Assembly (NCBI GenBank): GCA_964016885.1
Contig: OZ024740.1
Location: forward strand, 436,294,001-436,358,000
Direction: 5' to 3'
From: Eledone cirrhosa
Lineage: Eukaryota
Length of the DNA stretch: 64,000 nucleotides
Shown in pieces: positions 15,001 through 30,000 of this stretch; within the stretch, counting starts at the first letter, position 1; the number at the start of each line of letters is the position of its first letter. Under the pieces are notes generated by a model, which saw nothing but the letters and a program-made list of their open reading frames with translations, searched no databases and had not been told where the DNA came from. The position numbers and the translations under genes are program-made.

Positions 15001-18000
15001 TCTGTAAGATAATGTCAGTAGTATATACATCTGTATGGTAATGTCTGTAGTATATATATATCTGTATGGTAATGTCTGTAGTATATACATCTGTAAGATA
15101 ATGTCTGTAGTATATACATCTGTAAGATAATGTCTGTAGTATATACATCTGTATGGTAATGTCTGTAGTATATACATCTGTAAGATAATGTCTGTAGTAT
15201 ATACATCTGTAAGATAATATCTGTAGTATATACATCTGTAAGGTAATGTCTCTAGTATATATATCTGTAAGATAATGTCGGTAATATATACATCTGTAAT
15301 GTAATGTCTGTAGTATATACATCTGTATGGTAATGTATGTAGTATATACACCTGTAAGGTAATATCTGTAGTATATACATCTGTAAGGTAATGTCTGTAG
15401 TATATACATCTGTAAGGTAATGTCTGTAGTATATACATCTGTAAGATAATGTCTGTAGTATATACATCTGTAACATAATGTCTGTAATATATACATCTGT
15501 AAGGTAATATCTGTAGTATATACATCTGTATGGTAATGTTTGTAGTATATACATCTGTATGGTAATTTCTGTAGTATATACATCTGTAAGGAAATGTCTG
15601 TAGTAGATACATCTGTAAGGTAATGTCTGTCATATATACATCTGGATGATAATGTCTGTAGTATATACATCTGTAAGGTAATGTCTGTAATATATACATT
15701 TATATGGTAATATCTGTAGTATATACATCTGAATGATAATGTCTGTAGTATATACATCTGTAAGGTAATGTCTGTAGTATATACATCTGTAAGGTAATGT
15801 CTGTAGTATATACATCTGTAAGGTAATCTCTGTAGTATATACATATGTAAGGTAATGTCTGTAGTATATACATCTGTAAGGAAATGTCTGTAGTATATAC
15901 ATCTGTATGGTAATGCCTGTAGTATATACATCTGTATGTTTATGTCTGTAGTATATACATCTGTAAAGTAATGTCTGTAGTATTTACATCTGTAAGGTAA
16001 TGTCTGTAGTATATACATCTGTAAGGTAATATCTGTAGTATATACATCTGTATGGTAATGTCTGTAGTATATACATTTGTAAGGTAATGTCGGTAATATA
16101 TACATCTGTAAGGTAATGTCTGTAGGATATACATCTGTAAGGTAATGTCTGTAATATATACATCTGTATCGTAACGTCTGTAGTGTATACATATGTAAGG
16201 TAATATCTGTAGTATATACATCTGTAAGTTAATGTCTGTAGTATATACATTTGTAACATAATGTCTGTAATATATACATCTGTAAGGTAATATCTGTCGT
16301 ATATACATCTGTATGGGAATGTCTGTAATATATACATCTGTAAGGTAATGTCTGTAATATATACATATGTATGGTAATGTCTGTATTATATACATCTGTA
16401 AGGTAATGTCTGTAATATATACATCTGTATGGTAATGTCTGTAGTATATACATCTGTAAGGTAATGCCTGTAGTATATACATCTGTAAGGTAATGTCTGT
16501 AATATATATATCTATAACGTAATGTCTGTAATATATACATCTGTAAGGTAATGCCTGTAGTATATACATCTGTAAGGTAATGTCTGTAATATATATATCT
16601 ATAACGTAATGTCTGTAATATATACATCTGTATGGGAATGTCTGTAGTATAAACATCTGTAAGGTAATGTCTGTAGTATATACATCTGTAAGATAATGTC
16701 TGTAGTATATACATCCGTAAAGTAATGTCTGTAGTATATACATCTGTAAGGTAATGTCTGTAGTATATACATCTGTATGTTTATGTCTGTCGTATATACA
16801 TCTGTAAAGTAATGTCTGTAGTATATACAGCTGTAAGGTAATGTCTGTAGTATATACATCTGTAAGGTAATGTCTGTAGTATATACATCTGTAAGGTAAT
16901 GTCTGTAGTATATACATATGTAAGATAATGTCTGTAGTATATACATCTGTATGGTAATGTATGTAGTATATACATCTGTAAGGTAATGTCTGTAGTATAT
17001 ACATCTGTAAGGTAATGTCTGTAGTATATACATCTGTATGGTAATATCTGTAGTATATACATCTGGATGATAATGTCTGTAGTATATACATCTGTAAGGT
17101 AATGTCTGTAGTATATACATCTGTAAGGTAATGTCTGTAGTATATACATCTGTAAGGTAATGTCTGTAGTATATACATCTGTAAGGTAATGTCTGTAGTA
17201 TACACATCTGTAAGGTAATCTCTGTAGTATATACATCTGTAAGGTAATGTCTGTAGTATATACATCTGAAAGGAAATGTCTGTAGTATATACATCTGTAT
17301 GGTAATGTCTGTAGTATATACATCTGTATGGTAATGTCTGTAGTATATACATCTGTATGGTAATGTCTGTAGTATATACATATGTAAGGTAATGTCTGTA
17401 GTATATACATCTGTAAGGTAATGTCTGTAGTATATACATCTGTAAGATAATGTCCGTAGTATATACATCTGTATGGTAATGTCTATAGTATATACATCTG
17501 TAAGGTAATGTCTGTAGTATATACATCTATAATATAATGTCTGTAGTATATACATCTGTAAGGTAATGTCTGTAATATATACATCTGTAAGGTAATGTCT
17601 GTAATATATACATCTGTATGGTAATGTCTGTAGTATATACATCTGTAAGGTAATGTCTGTATTATATACATCTGTATGGTAATATCTGTAGTATATACAT
17701 CTGGATGATAATGTCTGTAGTATATACATCTGTATGATTATGTCTGTAGTTTATACATCTGTATGGTAACGTCTGTAGTATATACATCTGTATGGTAATG
17801 TCTTTAATATATACATCTGTAAGGTAATGTCTGTAATATATACATCTCTTATGGTAATGTCTGTAGTATATACATCTGTAAGATAATGTCTGTAGTATAT
17901 ACATCTGTATGGTAATGTCTGTAGTATATACATCTCTAAGATAATGTCTGTAGTATATACATCTAAGGTAATATCTGTAGTATATACATCTGTAAGATAA

Positions 18001-21000
18001 TGTCTGTAGTATATACCTCTGTATGGTAATGTCTGTAGTATATACATCTGTATGATAATGTCTGTAATATATACATCTGTAAGGTAATGTCTGTAATATA
18101 TACATCTGTATGGTAACGTCTGTAGTATATACATCTGTATGGTAATGTCTGTAGTATATACATCTGTAAGGTAATGTCTGTCATATAACCATCTGTAAGG
18201 TAATGTCTGTAGTATATACATCTGTAAGGTAATGTCTGTAGTATATAAATCTGTAAGATAATGTGTGTAGTATATACATCTGTAAGGTAAAATCTGTAGT
18301 ATATACATCTGTAAGGTAATGTCTGTAGTATATACATATGTAAGGTAATGTCTGTAGTATATAAATCTGTAAGATAATGTGTGTAGTATATACATCTGTA
18401 AGGTAAAATCTGTAGTATATACATCTGTAAGGTAATGTCTGTAGTATATACATCTGGATGATAATATCTGTAGTATATACATTTGTAAGGTAATGTTTGT
18501 AGTATATACATCTGTAAGGTAATGTCTGTAGTATATACATCTGTAAGATAATGTCTGTAATATATACATCTGTATGGCAATGTCTGTATTATATACATCC
18601 GTAAGATAATGTCTGTAGTATATACATCTGTAAGGTAATGTCTGTAGTATATACATCTGTACGGTAATGTCTGTAGTATATACATCTGTAAGGTAATGTC
18701 TGTAATATATACATCTTTAAAGTAATGTCTGTAGTATATACATCTGTATGGTAATGTCTGTAGTATATACATCTGTAAGGTAATGTCTGTAGTATATACA
18801 TCTGTAAAGTAATATCTGTAGTATATACATCTGTATGGTAATGTCTGTAGTATATACATCTGTAAGGTAATGTCTGTAATATATACATCTGTATGGTAAT
18901 ATCTGTAGTATATACATCTGGATGATAATCTCTGTAGTATATACATCTGTAAGGTAATATCTGAATTATATACATCTGTAAGATAGCGTCTGTAATATAT
19001 TCATCTGTAAGGTAATGTCTGTAGTATATACTTCTGCATGGTAATGTCTGTAATATATACATCTGTATGGTAATGTCTGTAGTATATACATCTGTAAGGT
19101 AATGTCTGTATTATATACATCTGTATGGTAATGTCTGTAGTATATACATCTGTCTGATAATGTCTGTAGTATATACATCTGTAAGGTAATGTCTGTATTA
19201 TATACATCTGTATGGTAATGTCTGTAGTATATACATCTGTAAGGTAATGTCTGTAGTATATACATCTGTAAGGTAATGTCTATAGTATATACATCTGTAT
19301 GGTAATGTCTGTAGTATATACATCTGTAAGGTAATGTCTGTAGTATATACATCTGTAAGGTAATGTCTGTAGTATATACATCTGTAAGATAATGTCTGTA
19401 GTATATACATCTGTATGGTAATATCTGTAGTATATACATCTGTATGGTATTGTCTGTAGTATATACATATGTAAGGTAATGTCTGTCGCATATACATCTG
19501 TAAGGTAATGTCTGAAGTATATACATCTGTAAGGTAATGTCTGTAATATATACATCTGTCTGGTAATGTCTGTAGTATGTATATCTGTAAGATAATGTCT
19601 GTAGTATATACATTTGTAAGGTAATGTCTGTAGTATATACATCTGTAAGATAATGTCTGTAATATATACATCTGTAAGGTAATGTTGGTAATATATATAT
19701 CAATAAGGTAATATCTGTAGTATATACATCTGTATGGTAATGTCTGTAATATATACATCTGTAAGGTAATGTCTGTAATATATACATCTGTATGGTAATG
19801 TCTGTATTATATACATCTGTAAGGTAATGTCTGTAATATATACGTCTGTATGGTAATGTCTGTAGTATATACATCTGTCAGGTAATGTCTGTAGTATATA
19901 CATATGTAAGGTAATGTCTGTAATATATACATCTGTATGGTAATGTCTGTAGTATATACATCTATAAGGTAATGTCTGTAATATATACATCTGTAAGGTA
20001 ATGTCTGTAGTATATGCATCTGCATGGTAATGTCTGTAATATATACATCTGTATGCGAATGTCTGTCATATAACCATCTGTAAGGTAATGTCTGTAGTAT
20101 ATACATCTGTAAGGTAATGTCTGTAGTATATAAATCTGTAAGATAATGTGTGTAGTATATACATCTGTAAGGTAAAATCTGTAGTATATACATCTGTAAG
20201 GTAATGTCTGTAGTATATACATCTGTAAGGTAATGTCTGTAGTATATAAATCTGTAAGATAATGTGTGTAGTATATACATCTGTAAGGTAAAATCTGTAG
20301 TATATAAATCTGTAAGGTAATGTCTGTAGTATATACATCTGGATGATAATGTCTGTAGTATATACATTTGTAAGGTAATGTTTGTAGTATATACATCTGT
20401 AAGGTAATGTCTGTAGTATATACATTTGTAAGATAATGTCTGTAATATATACATCTGTATGGCAATGTCTGTATTATATACATCCGTAAGATAATGTCTA
20501 TAGTATATACATCTGTAAGGTAATGTCTGTAGTATATACATCTATATGGTAATGTCTGTAGTATATACATCTGTAAGGTAATGTCTGTAATATAAACATC
20601 TTTAAAGTAATGTCTGTAGTATATACATCTGTATGTTAATGTCTGTAGTATATACATCTGTATGGTAATGTCTGTAGTATATACATCTGTAAGGTAATGT
20701 CTGTAGTATATACATCTGTAAAGGAATGTCTGTAATATATACATCTGTATGGTAATGTCTGTAGTATATACATCTGTAAGGTAATGTCTGTAATATATAC
20801 ATCTGTATGGTAATGTCTGTAGTATATACATCTGTAAGGTAATGTCTAGTATATACATATGTAAGGTAATGTCTGTAGTATATACATCTGTATGGTAATG
20901 TGTGTAGTATATACATCTGTATGTTTATGTCTGTAGTATATACATCTGTAAAGTAATGTCTGTAGTATATACATCTGTAAGGTAATATCTGTTGTATATA

Positions 21001-24000
21001 CATCTGTAAGGTAATATCTGTAGTATATACATCTGTATGGTAATGTCTGTAGTATATACATCTGTAAGGTAATGTCTGTAATATATACATCTGTATGGTA
21101 ATATCTGTAGTATATACATCTGGATGATAATCTCTGTAGTATATACATCTGTAAGGTAATATCTGAATTATATACATCTGTAAGATAGCGTCTGTAATAT
21201 ATTCATCTGTAAGGTAATGTCTGTATTATATACATCTGTATGGTAATGTCTGTAGTATATACATCTGTCTGATAATGTCTGTAGTATATACATCTGTAAG
21301 GTAATGTCTGTATTATATACATCTGTATGGTAATGTCTGTAGTATATACATCTGTAAGGTAATGTCTGTAATATATACATCTGTATGGTAATGTCTGTAG
21401 TATATACATCTGTATGGTAATGTCTGTAGTATATACATATGTAAGGTAATGTCTGTAGTATATACATCTGTAAGGTAATGTCTATAGTATATACATCTGT
21501 ATGGTAATGTCTGTAGTATATACATCTGTAAGATAATGTTTGTAGTATATACTTCTGTAAGGTAATGTCTGTAGTATATACATCTGTAAGATAATGTCTG
21601 TAGTATATACATCTGTATGGTAATATCTGTAGTATATACATCTGTAAGGTAATGTCTGTAGTATATACATCTGTAAGATAATGTGTGTAGTATATACATC
21701 TGTAAGGTAATATCTGTAGTGTATACATCTGTAAGGTAATGTCTGTAGTATATACATCTGTAAGGTAATGTCTGTAGTATATACATCTGTAAGGTAATGT
21801 CTGTAGTATATACATCTGTAAGGTAATGTCTGTAGTATATACATATGTAAGGTAATATCTGTAGTATATACATATGTAAGATAATGTCTGTAGTATATAC
21901 ATCTGTAAGATAATGTCTGTATTATATACATCTGTAAGGTAATGTCTGTAGTATATACATCTGTAAGGTAATGTCTGTAGTATATACATCTGTATGGTAA
22001 TGTCTGTAGTATATACATCTGTATGGTAATGTCTATAGTATATACATCTGTAAGATAATGTCTGTAGTATATACATCTGTAAGATAATGTCTGTAGTATA
22101 TACATCTGTATGGTAATGTCTGTAGTATATAGATCTGTATGGTAATGTCTGTAGTATATACATCTGTAAGGTAATGTCTGTAGTATATACATCTGTAAGG
22201 TAATGTCTGTAATATATACATCTGTATCGTAATGTCTGTAGTGTATACATCTGTAAGGTAATATCTGTAGTATATACATCTGTAAGGTAATGTCTGTAAT
22301 ATATACATCTGTATGGTAATGTCTGTAGTATATACATCTGTAAGGTAATGTCTGTAGTATATACATCTGTATGGTAATGTCTGTAGTATATACATATGTA
22401 AGGTAATGTCTGTAGTATATACATCTGTAAGGTAATGTCTGTAGTATATACACCTGTAAGGTAATGTCTGTCGCATATACATCTGTAAGGTAATGTCTGA
22501 AGTATATACATCTGTAAGGTAATGTCTGTAATATATACATCTGTAAGATAATGTCTGTACTATATACATCTGTCTGGTAATGTCTGTAGTATGTATATCT
22601 GTAAGATAATGTCTGTAGTATATACATTTGTAAGGTAATGTCTGTAGTATATACATCTGTAAGATAATGTCTATAATATATACATCTGTAAGGTAATGTT
22701 GGTAATATATATATCAATAAGGTAATATCTGTAGTATATACATCTGTATGGTAATGTCTGTAATATATACATCTGTATGGTAATGTCTGTATTATATACA
22801 TCTGTAAGGTAATGTCTGTAATATATACGTCTGTATGGTAATGTCTGTAGTATATACATCTGTCAGGTAATGTCTGTAGTATATACATATGTAAGGTAAT
22901 GTCTGTAATATATTCATCTGTATGGTAATGTCTGTAGTATATACATCTGTAAGGTAATGTCTGTAGTATATGCATCTGCATGGTAATGTCTGTAATATTT
23001 ACATCTGTATGCGAATGTCTGTAGTATATACATCTGTAAGGTAATGTCTGTAGTATATACATCTGTATGTTTATGTCTGTAGTATATACATCCATAAAGT
23101 AATGTCTGTAGTATATACATCTGTAATATAATGTCTGTAGTATATACATCTGTAAGGTAATGTCTGTAATATATACATCTGTATGGTAATGTCTGTAGTA
23201 TATACATCTGTAAGGTAATGTCTGTATTATATAAATCTGTAAGGTAATGTCTGTAGTATATACATCTGTAAGATAATGTCTGTAGTATATACATCTAAGG
23301 TAATATCTGTAGTATATACATCTGTAAGATAATGTCTGTAGTATATACATCTGTAAAGTAATGTCTGTAGTATATACATCTGTAAGGTAACGTCTGTAGT
23401 ATATACATCTGTAAGGTAATATCTGTAGTATATACATCTGTATGGTAATGTCTGTAGTATATACATCTGGATGATAATCTCTGTAGTATATACATCTGTA
23501 AGGTAATGTCTGTAGTATATACATCTGTATGGTAATATCTGTAATATATACATCTGTTTGGTAATGTCTGTAGTATATACATCTGTAAGGTATTGTCTGT
23601 AGTATATACATCTGTATGGTAATGTCTGTAGTATATATATTTGTATGGTAATGTCTGTAGTATATACATCTGTATGGTAATGTCTGTAGTATATACATCT
23701 GTAAGGTAATGTCTGTAGTATATATATCTGTAAGGTAATGTCTGTAGTATATACATCTGTAAGATAATGTCTGTAGTATATATATCTGTATGGTAATATC
23801 TGTAGTATATACATCTGTAAGGTAATGTCTGTAGTATATACATCTGTAAGATAATGTGTGTAGTATATACATCTGTAAGGTAATATCTGTAGTGTATACA
23901 TCTGTAAGGTAATGTCTGTAAGATATACATCTATAAGGTAATGTCTGTAATATATACATTTGTAATGTAATGTCTGTAATATATACATCTGTAAGATAAT

Positions 24001-27000
24001 CTCCGTAGTATATACATCTGTAAGGTAATGTCGGTAGTATATACATCTGTAAGGTAATGTCTGTAATATATACATCTGTATCGTAATGTCTGTAGCGTAT
24101 ACATCTGTAAGGTTATGTCTGTAGTATATACATCTGTATGTTTATGTCTGTAGTATATACATCTGTAAAGTAATATCTGTAGTATATACATCTGTAAGGT
24201 AATGTCTGTAGTATATACATCTGTATGGTAATGTCTGTAGTATATACATCTGTAAGGTAATGTCTGTAGTATATACATCTGTAAGGTAATGTCTATAATA
24301 TAACCATCTGTAAGGTAATGTCTGTAATATATACATCTTTAAGGTAATGTCTGTAGTATATACCTCTGCATGGTAATGTCAGTAATATATACATCGATAT
24401 GGTAATGTCTGTAGTATATACATCTGTAAGATAATATCTGTAGTATATACATCTGTAAGATAATGTCTGTTGTATATACATCTGTAAGGTAATGTCTGTA
24501 GTATATACATCTGTATTGTAATGTCTGTAATATATACATCTGTATTGTAATGTCTGTAATATATACATCTTGAAGTTAATGTCTGTAGTATATATATCTG
24601 TAAGGTAATGTCTGTTGTATATACACCTGTAAGGTAATGTCTGTAATATATACATCTGTAAGATAATGTCTGTAGTATATACATCTGTAAGATAATGTCT
24701 GTAGTATATTCAGCTATATGGTAATGTCTGTAGTATATACATCTGTATTTTAATGTCTCTAGTATATACATCTATATGGTAATGTCTGTAGTATATACAT
24801 CTGTATTTTAATGTCTGTAGTATATACATCTGTATGGTAATGTCTGTAGTATATACATCTGTAAGATAATGTCTGTATTATATACATCTGTAAGGTAATG
24901 TCTGTAGTATATACATCTGTAACATAACGTCTGTAGTATATACATCTGTAAGGTAATGTCTGTAATATATACATATTTGAGGTAATGTCTGTAGTATATA
25001 CATCTGTGTGGTAACGTCTGGAGTATATACATCTGTATGGTAATGTCTGTAATATATACATCTGTAAGGTAATGTCTGTAGTATATACATCTGTGTGGTA
25101 ATGTCTGTAGTATATACATCTGTATGTTAATGTCTGTAGTATATACATCTGTAAGATAATGTCTGTAGTATATACATGTGTAAGGTAATGTCTGTAGTAT
25201 ATACATCTGTATTGTAATGTCTGTAATATATACATCTGTATTGTAATGTCTGTAATATATACATCTTGAAGTTAATGTCTGTAGTATATACATCTGTATG
25301 GTAATGTCTGTAGTATATACATCTGTAAGGTAGTGTCTGTAGTATATACATCTGTATGATAATGTCTGTAGTATATACATCTGTATGGTAATGATGTCTG
25401 TAGTATATAAATCTGTAAGATAATGTCTGTAGTATATACATCTGTAAGGTAATGTCTGTAGTATATACATCTGTAAGGTAATGTCTGTAGTATATAAATC
25501 TGTATGGTAATGTCTGTAGTATATACATCTGTAAGTTAATGTCTGTAGTATATACATCTGTAAGGTAATGTCTATAGTTTATACATCTGTAAGGTAATGT
25601 CTGTAGTATATACATCTGTATTTTAATGCTTGTAGTATATACATCTATGTGGTAATGTCTGTAGTGCATACATCTATATGGTAATGTCTGTACTATATAC
25701 ATCTGTATTTTAATGTCTGTAGTATATACATCTGTAAGGTAATGTCTGTAGTATATACATCTGTAAGATAATGTCTGTAATATATACATCAGTACGAAAA
25801 TGTCTGTAGTATATACATCTGTAAGGTAATGTCTGTAGTATATACATCTGTAAGGTAAGTTCTGTGTTATATACATGTGTAAGATAATGTCTGTAGTATA
25901 TACATCTGTAAGATAATGTCTGTAGTATATACATCTGTATGTTAATGTCTGTAGTATATACATCTGTATGTTAATGTCTGTAGTATAGACATCTGTAAAG
26001 TAATGTCTGTAGTATATACATCTGTAAGGTAATGTCTGTAGTATATACATCTGTAAGATAACGTCTGTAGTATATACATCTGTAAGGTAATGTCTGTAAT
26101 ATATACATATTTGAGGTAATGTCTGTAGTATATACATCTGTGTGGTAACGTCTGGAGTATATACATCTGTATGGTAATGTCTGTAATATATATATCTGTA
26201 AGGTAATGTCTGTAGTATATACATCTGTGTGGTAATGTCTGTAGTATATACATGTGTATGTTAATGTCTGTAGTATATACATCTGTAAGATAATATCTGT
26301 AGTATATACATCTGTAAGATAATGTCTGTTGTATATACATCTGTAAGGTAATGTCTGTAGTATATACATCTGTATTGTAATGTCTGTAATATATACATCT
26401 GTATTGTAATGTCTGTAATATATACATCTTGAAGTTAATGTCTGTAGTATATACATCTGTAAGGTAATGTCTGTAGTATATACATCTGTATGGTAATGTC
26501 TGTAGTATATAAATCTGTATGGTAATGTCTGTAGTATATACATCTGTAAGTTAACGTCTGTAGTATATACATCTGTAAGGTAATGTCTTTAGTATATACA
26601 TCTGTAAGATAATGTCTGTAGTATATACATCTGTAAGATAATATCTGTAGTATATACATCTGTATGGTAATGTCTGTAGTATATACATCTGTAAGGTAAT
26701 GTCTTTAGTATATACATCTGTAAGATAATGTCTGTAGTATATACATCTGTAAGATAATATCTGTAGTATATACATCTGTATAGTAATATCTGTAGTATAT
26801 ACATCTGTAAGATAATATCTGTAGTATATACATCTGTATAGTAATATCTGTAGTATATACATCTGTAACGTAATGTCTGTAGTATATACGTCTGTAAGGT
26901 AATGTCTGTAGTATATACATCTGTGTGGTAATGTCTGTAGTATATACATCTGTATGTTAATGTCTGTAGTATATACATCTGTAAGATAATGTCTGTAGTA

Positions 27001-30000
27001 TATACATGTGTAAGGTAATGTCTGTAGTATATACATCTGTATTGTAATGTCTGTAATATATACATCTGTATTGTAATGTCTGTAATATATACATCTTGAA
27101 GTTAATGTCTGTAGTATATACATCTGTATGGTAATGTCTGTAGTATATACATCTGTAAGGTAGTGTCTGTAGTATATACATCTGTATGATAATGTCTGTA
27201 GTATATACATCTGTATGGTAATGATGTCTGTAGTATATAAATCTGTAAGATAATGTCTGTAGTATATACATCTGTAAGGTAATGTCTGTAGTATATACAT
27301 CTGTAAGGTAATGTCTGTAGTATATAAATCTGTATGGTAATGTCTGTAGTATATACATCTGTAAGTTAATGTCTGTAGTATATACATCTGTAAGGTAATG
27401 TCGATAGTTTATACATCTGTAAGGTAATGTCTGTAGTATATACATCTGTATTTTAATGCTTGTAGTATATACATCTATATGGTAATGTCTGTAGTACATA
27501 CATCTATATGGTAATGTCTGTACTATATACATCTGTATTTTAATGTCTGTAGTATATACATCTGTAAGGTAATGTCTGTAGTATATACATCTGTAAGATA
27601 ATGTCTGTAATATATACATCAGTACGAAAATGTCTGTAGTATATACATCTGTAAGGTAATGTCTGTAGTATATACATCTGTAAGGTAAGTTCTGTGTTAT
27701 ATACATGTGTAAGATAATGTCTGTAGTATATACATCTGTAAGATAATGTCTGTAGTATATACATCTGTATGTTAATGTCTGTAGTATATACATCTGTATG
27801 TTAATGTCTGTAGTATAGACATCTGTAAAGTAATGTCTGTAGTATATACATCTGTAAGGTAATGTCTGTAGTATATACATCTGTAAGATAACGTCTGTAG
27901 TATATACATCTGTAAGGTAATGTCTGTAATATATACATATTTGAGGTAATGTCTGTAGTATATACATCTGTGTGGTAACGTCTGGAGTATATACATCTGT
28001 ATGGTAATGTCTGTAATATATACATCTATAAGGTAATGTCTGTAGTATATACATCTGTGTGGTAATGTCTGTAGTATATACATCTGTATGTTAATGTCTG
28101 TAGTATATACATCTGTAAGATAATATCTGTAGTATATACATCTGTAAGATAATGTCTGTTGTATATACATCTGTAAGGTAATGTCTGTAGTATATACATC
28201 TGTAAGGTAATGTCTGTAGTATATACATCTGTTTGGTAATGTCTGTAGTATATACATCTGTATGGTAATGTCTGTAGTATATAAATCTGTATGGTAATGT
28301 CTGTAGTATATATATCTGTATGGTAATGTCTGTAGTATATACATCTGTAAGGTAATGTCTGTAGTATATACATCTGTATGGTAATGTCTGTAGTATATAC
28401 CTCTGTAAGGTAGTGTCTGTAGTATATACATCTGTATGATAATGTCTGTAGTATATACATCTGTATGGTAATGATGTCTGTAGTATATACATCTGTAAGA
28501 TAATGTCTGTAGTATATACATCTGTAAGGTAATGTCTGTAGTATATACATCTGTATGGTAATGTCTGTAGTATATAAATCTGTATGGCAATGTCTGTAGT
28601 ATATACATCTGAAAGTTAATGTCTGTAGTATATACATCTGTAAGGTAAAGTCTATAGTTTATACATCTGTAAGGTAATGTCTGTAGTATATACATCTGTA
28701 TTTTAATGTCTGTAGTATATACATCTGTAAGGTAATGTCTGTAGTATATACATCTGTAAGATAATGTCTGTAATATATACATGAGTAAGAAAATGTCTGT
28801 AGTATATACATCTGTAAGGTAAGTTCTGTATTATATACATGTGTAAGATGATGTCTGTAGTATATACATCTGTAAGATAATGTCTGTAGTATATACATCT
28901 GTATGTTAATGTCTGTAGTATTTACATCTGTATGGTAATGTCTGTAGTATATACATCTGTAAGATAATGTCTATAGTATATACATCTGTATTGTAATGTC
29001 TGTAATATATACATCTGTATTGTAATGTCTGTAATATATACATCTTGAAGTTAATGTCTGTAGTATATACATCTGTAAGGTAATGTCTGTAGTATATACA
29101 TGTGTAAGGTAATGTCTGTAGTATATACATCTGTATGGTAATGTCTGTAGTATATACATCTGTAAGATAATGTCTGTAGTATATACATCTGTAAGTTAAT
29201 GTCTATAGTATATATATCTGTAAGATAATGTCTGTAGAATATAAATCTGTATGGTAATGTCTGTAGTATATACATCTGTAAGATAATGTCTGTAGTATAT
29301 ACATCAGTTTGGTAATGTCTGTAGTATATACATCTGTAAGGTAATGTCTGTAGTATATACATCTGTAAGGTAATGTCTGTAGTATATACATCTGTAAGGT
29401 AACGTCTGTAGTATATACATCTGTATGGTAATGTCTGTAATATATACATCTGTAAGGTAATGTCTGTAGTATATACATATGTTTGGTAATGTCTGTAGTA
29501 TATACATCTGTAAGGTAATGTCTGTAGTATATACATATGTAAGATAATGTCTGTAGTATATACATCTGTTTGGTAATGTCTGTAGTATATACATCTGTAT
29601 GGTAATGTCTGTAGTATATAAATCTGTATGGTAATGTCTGTAGTATATACATCTGTAAGTTAATGTCTGTAGTATATACATCTGTAAGGTAATGTCTTTA
29701 GTATATACATCTGTAAGATAATGTCTGTAGTATATACATCTGTAAGATAATATCTGTAGTATATACATCTGTATGGTAATGTCTGTAGTATATACATCTG
29801 TAAGTTAATGTCTGTAGTATATATATCTGTAAGGTAATGTCTTTAGTATATACATCTGTAAGATAATGTCTGTAGTATAAACATCTGTAAGATAATATCT
29901 GTAGTATATACATCTGTATAGTAATATCTGTAGTATATACATCTGTAAGATAATATCTGTAGTATATACATCTGTATAGTAATATCTGTAGTATATACAT

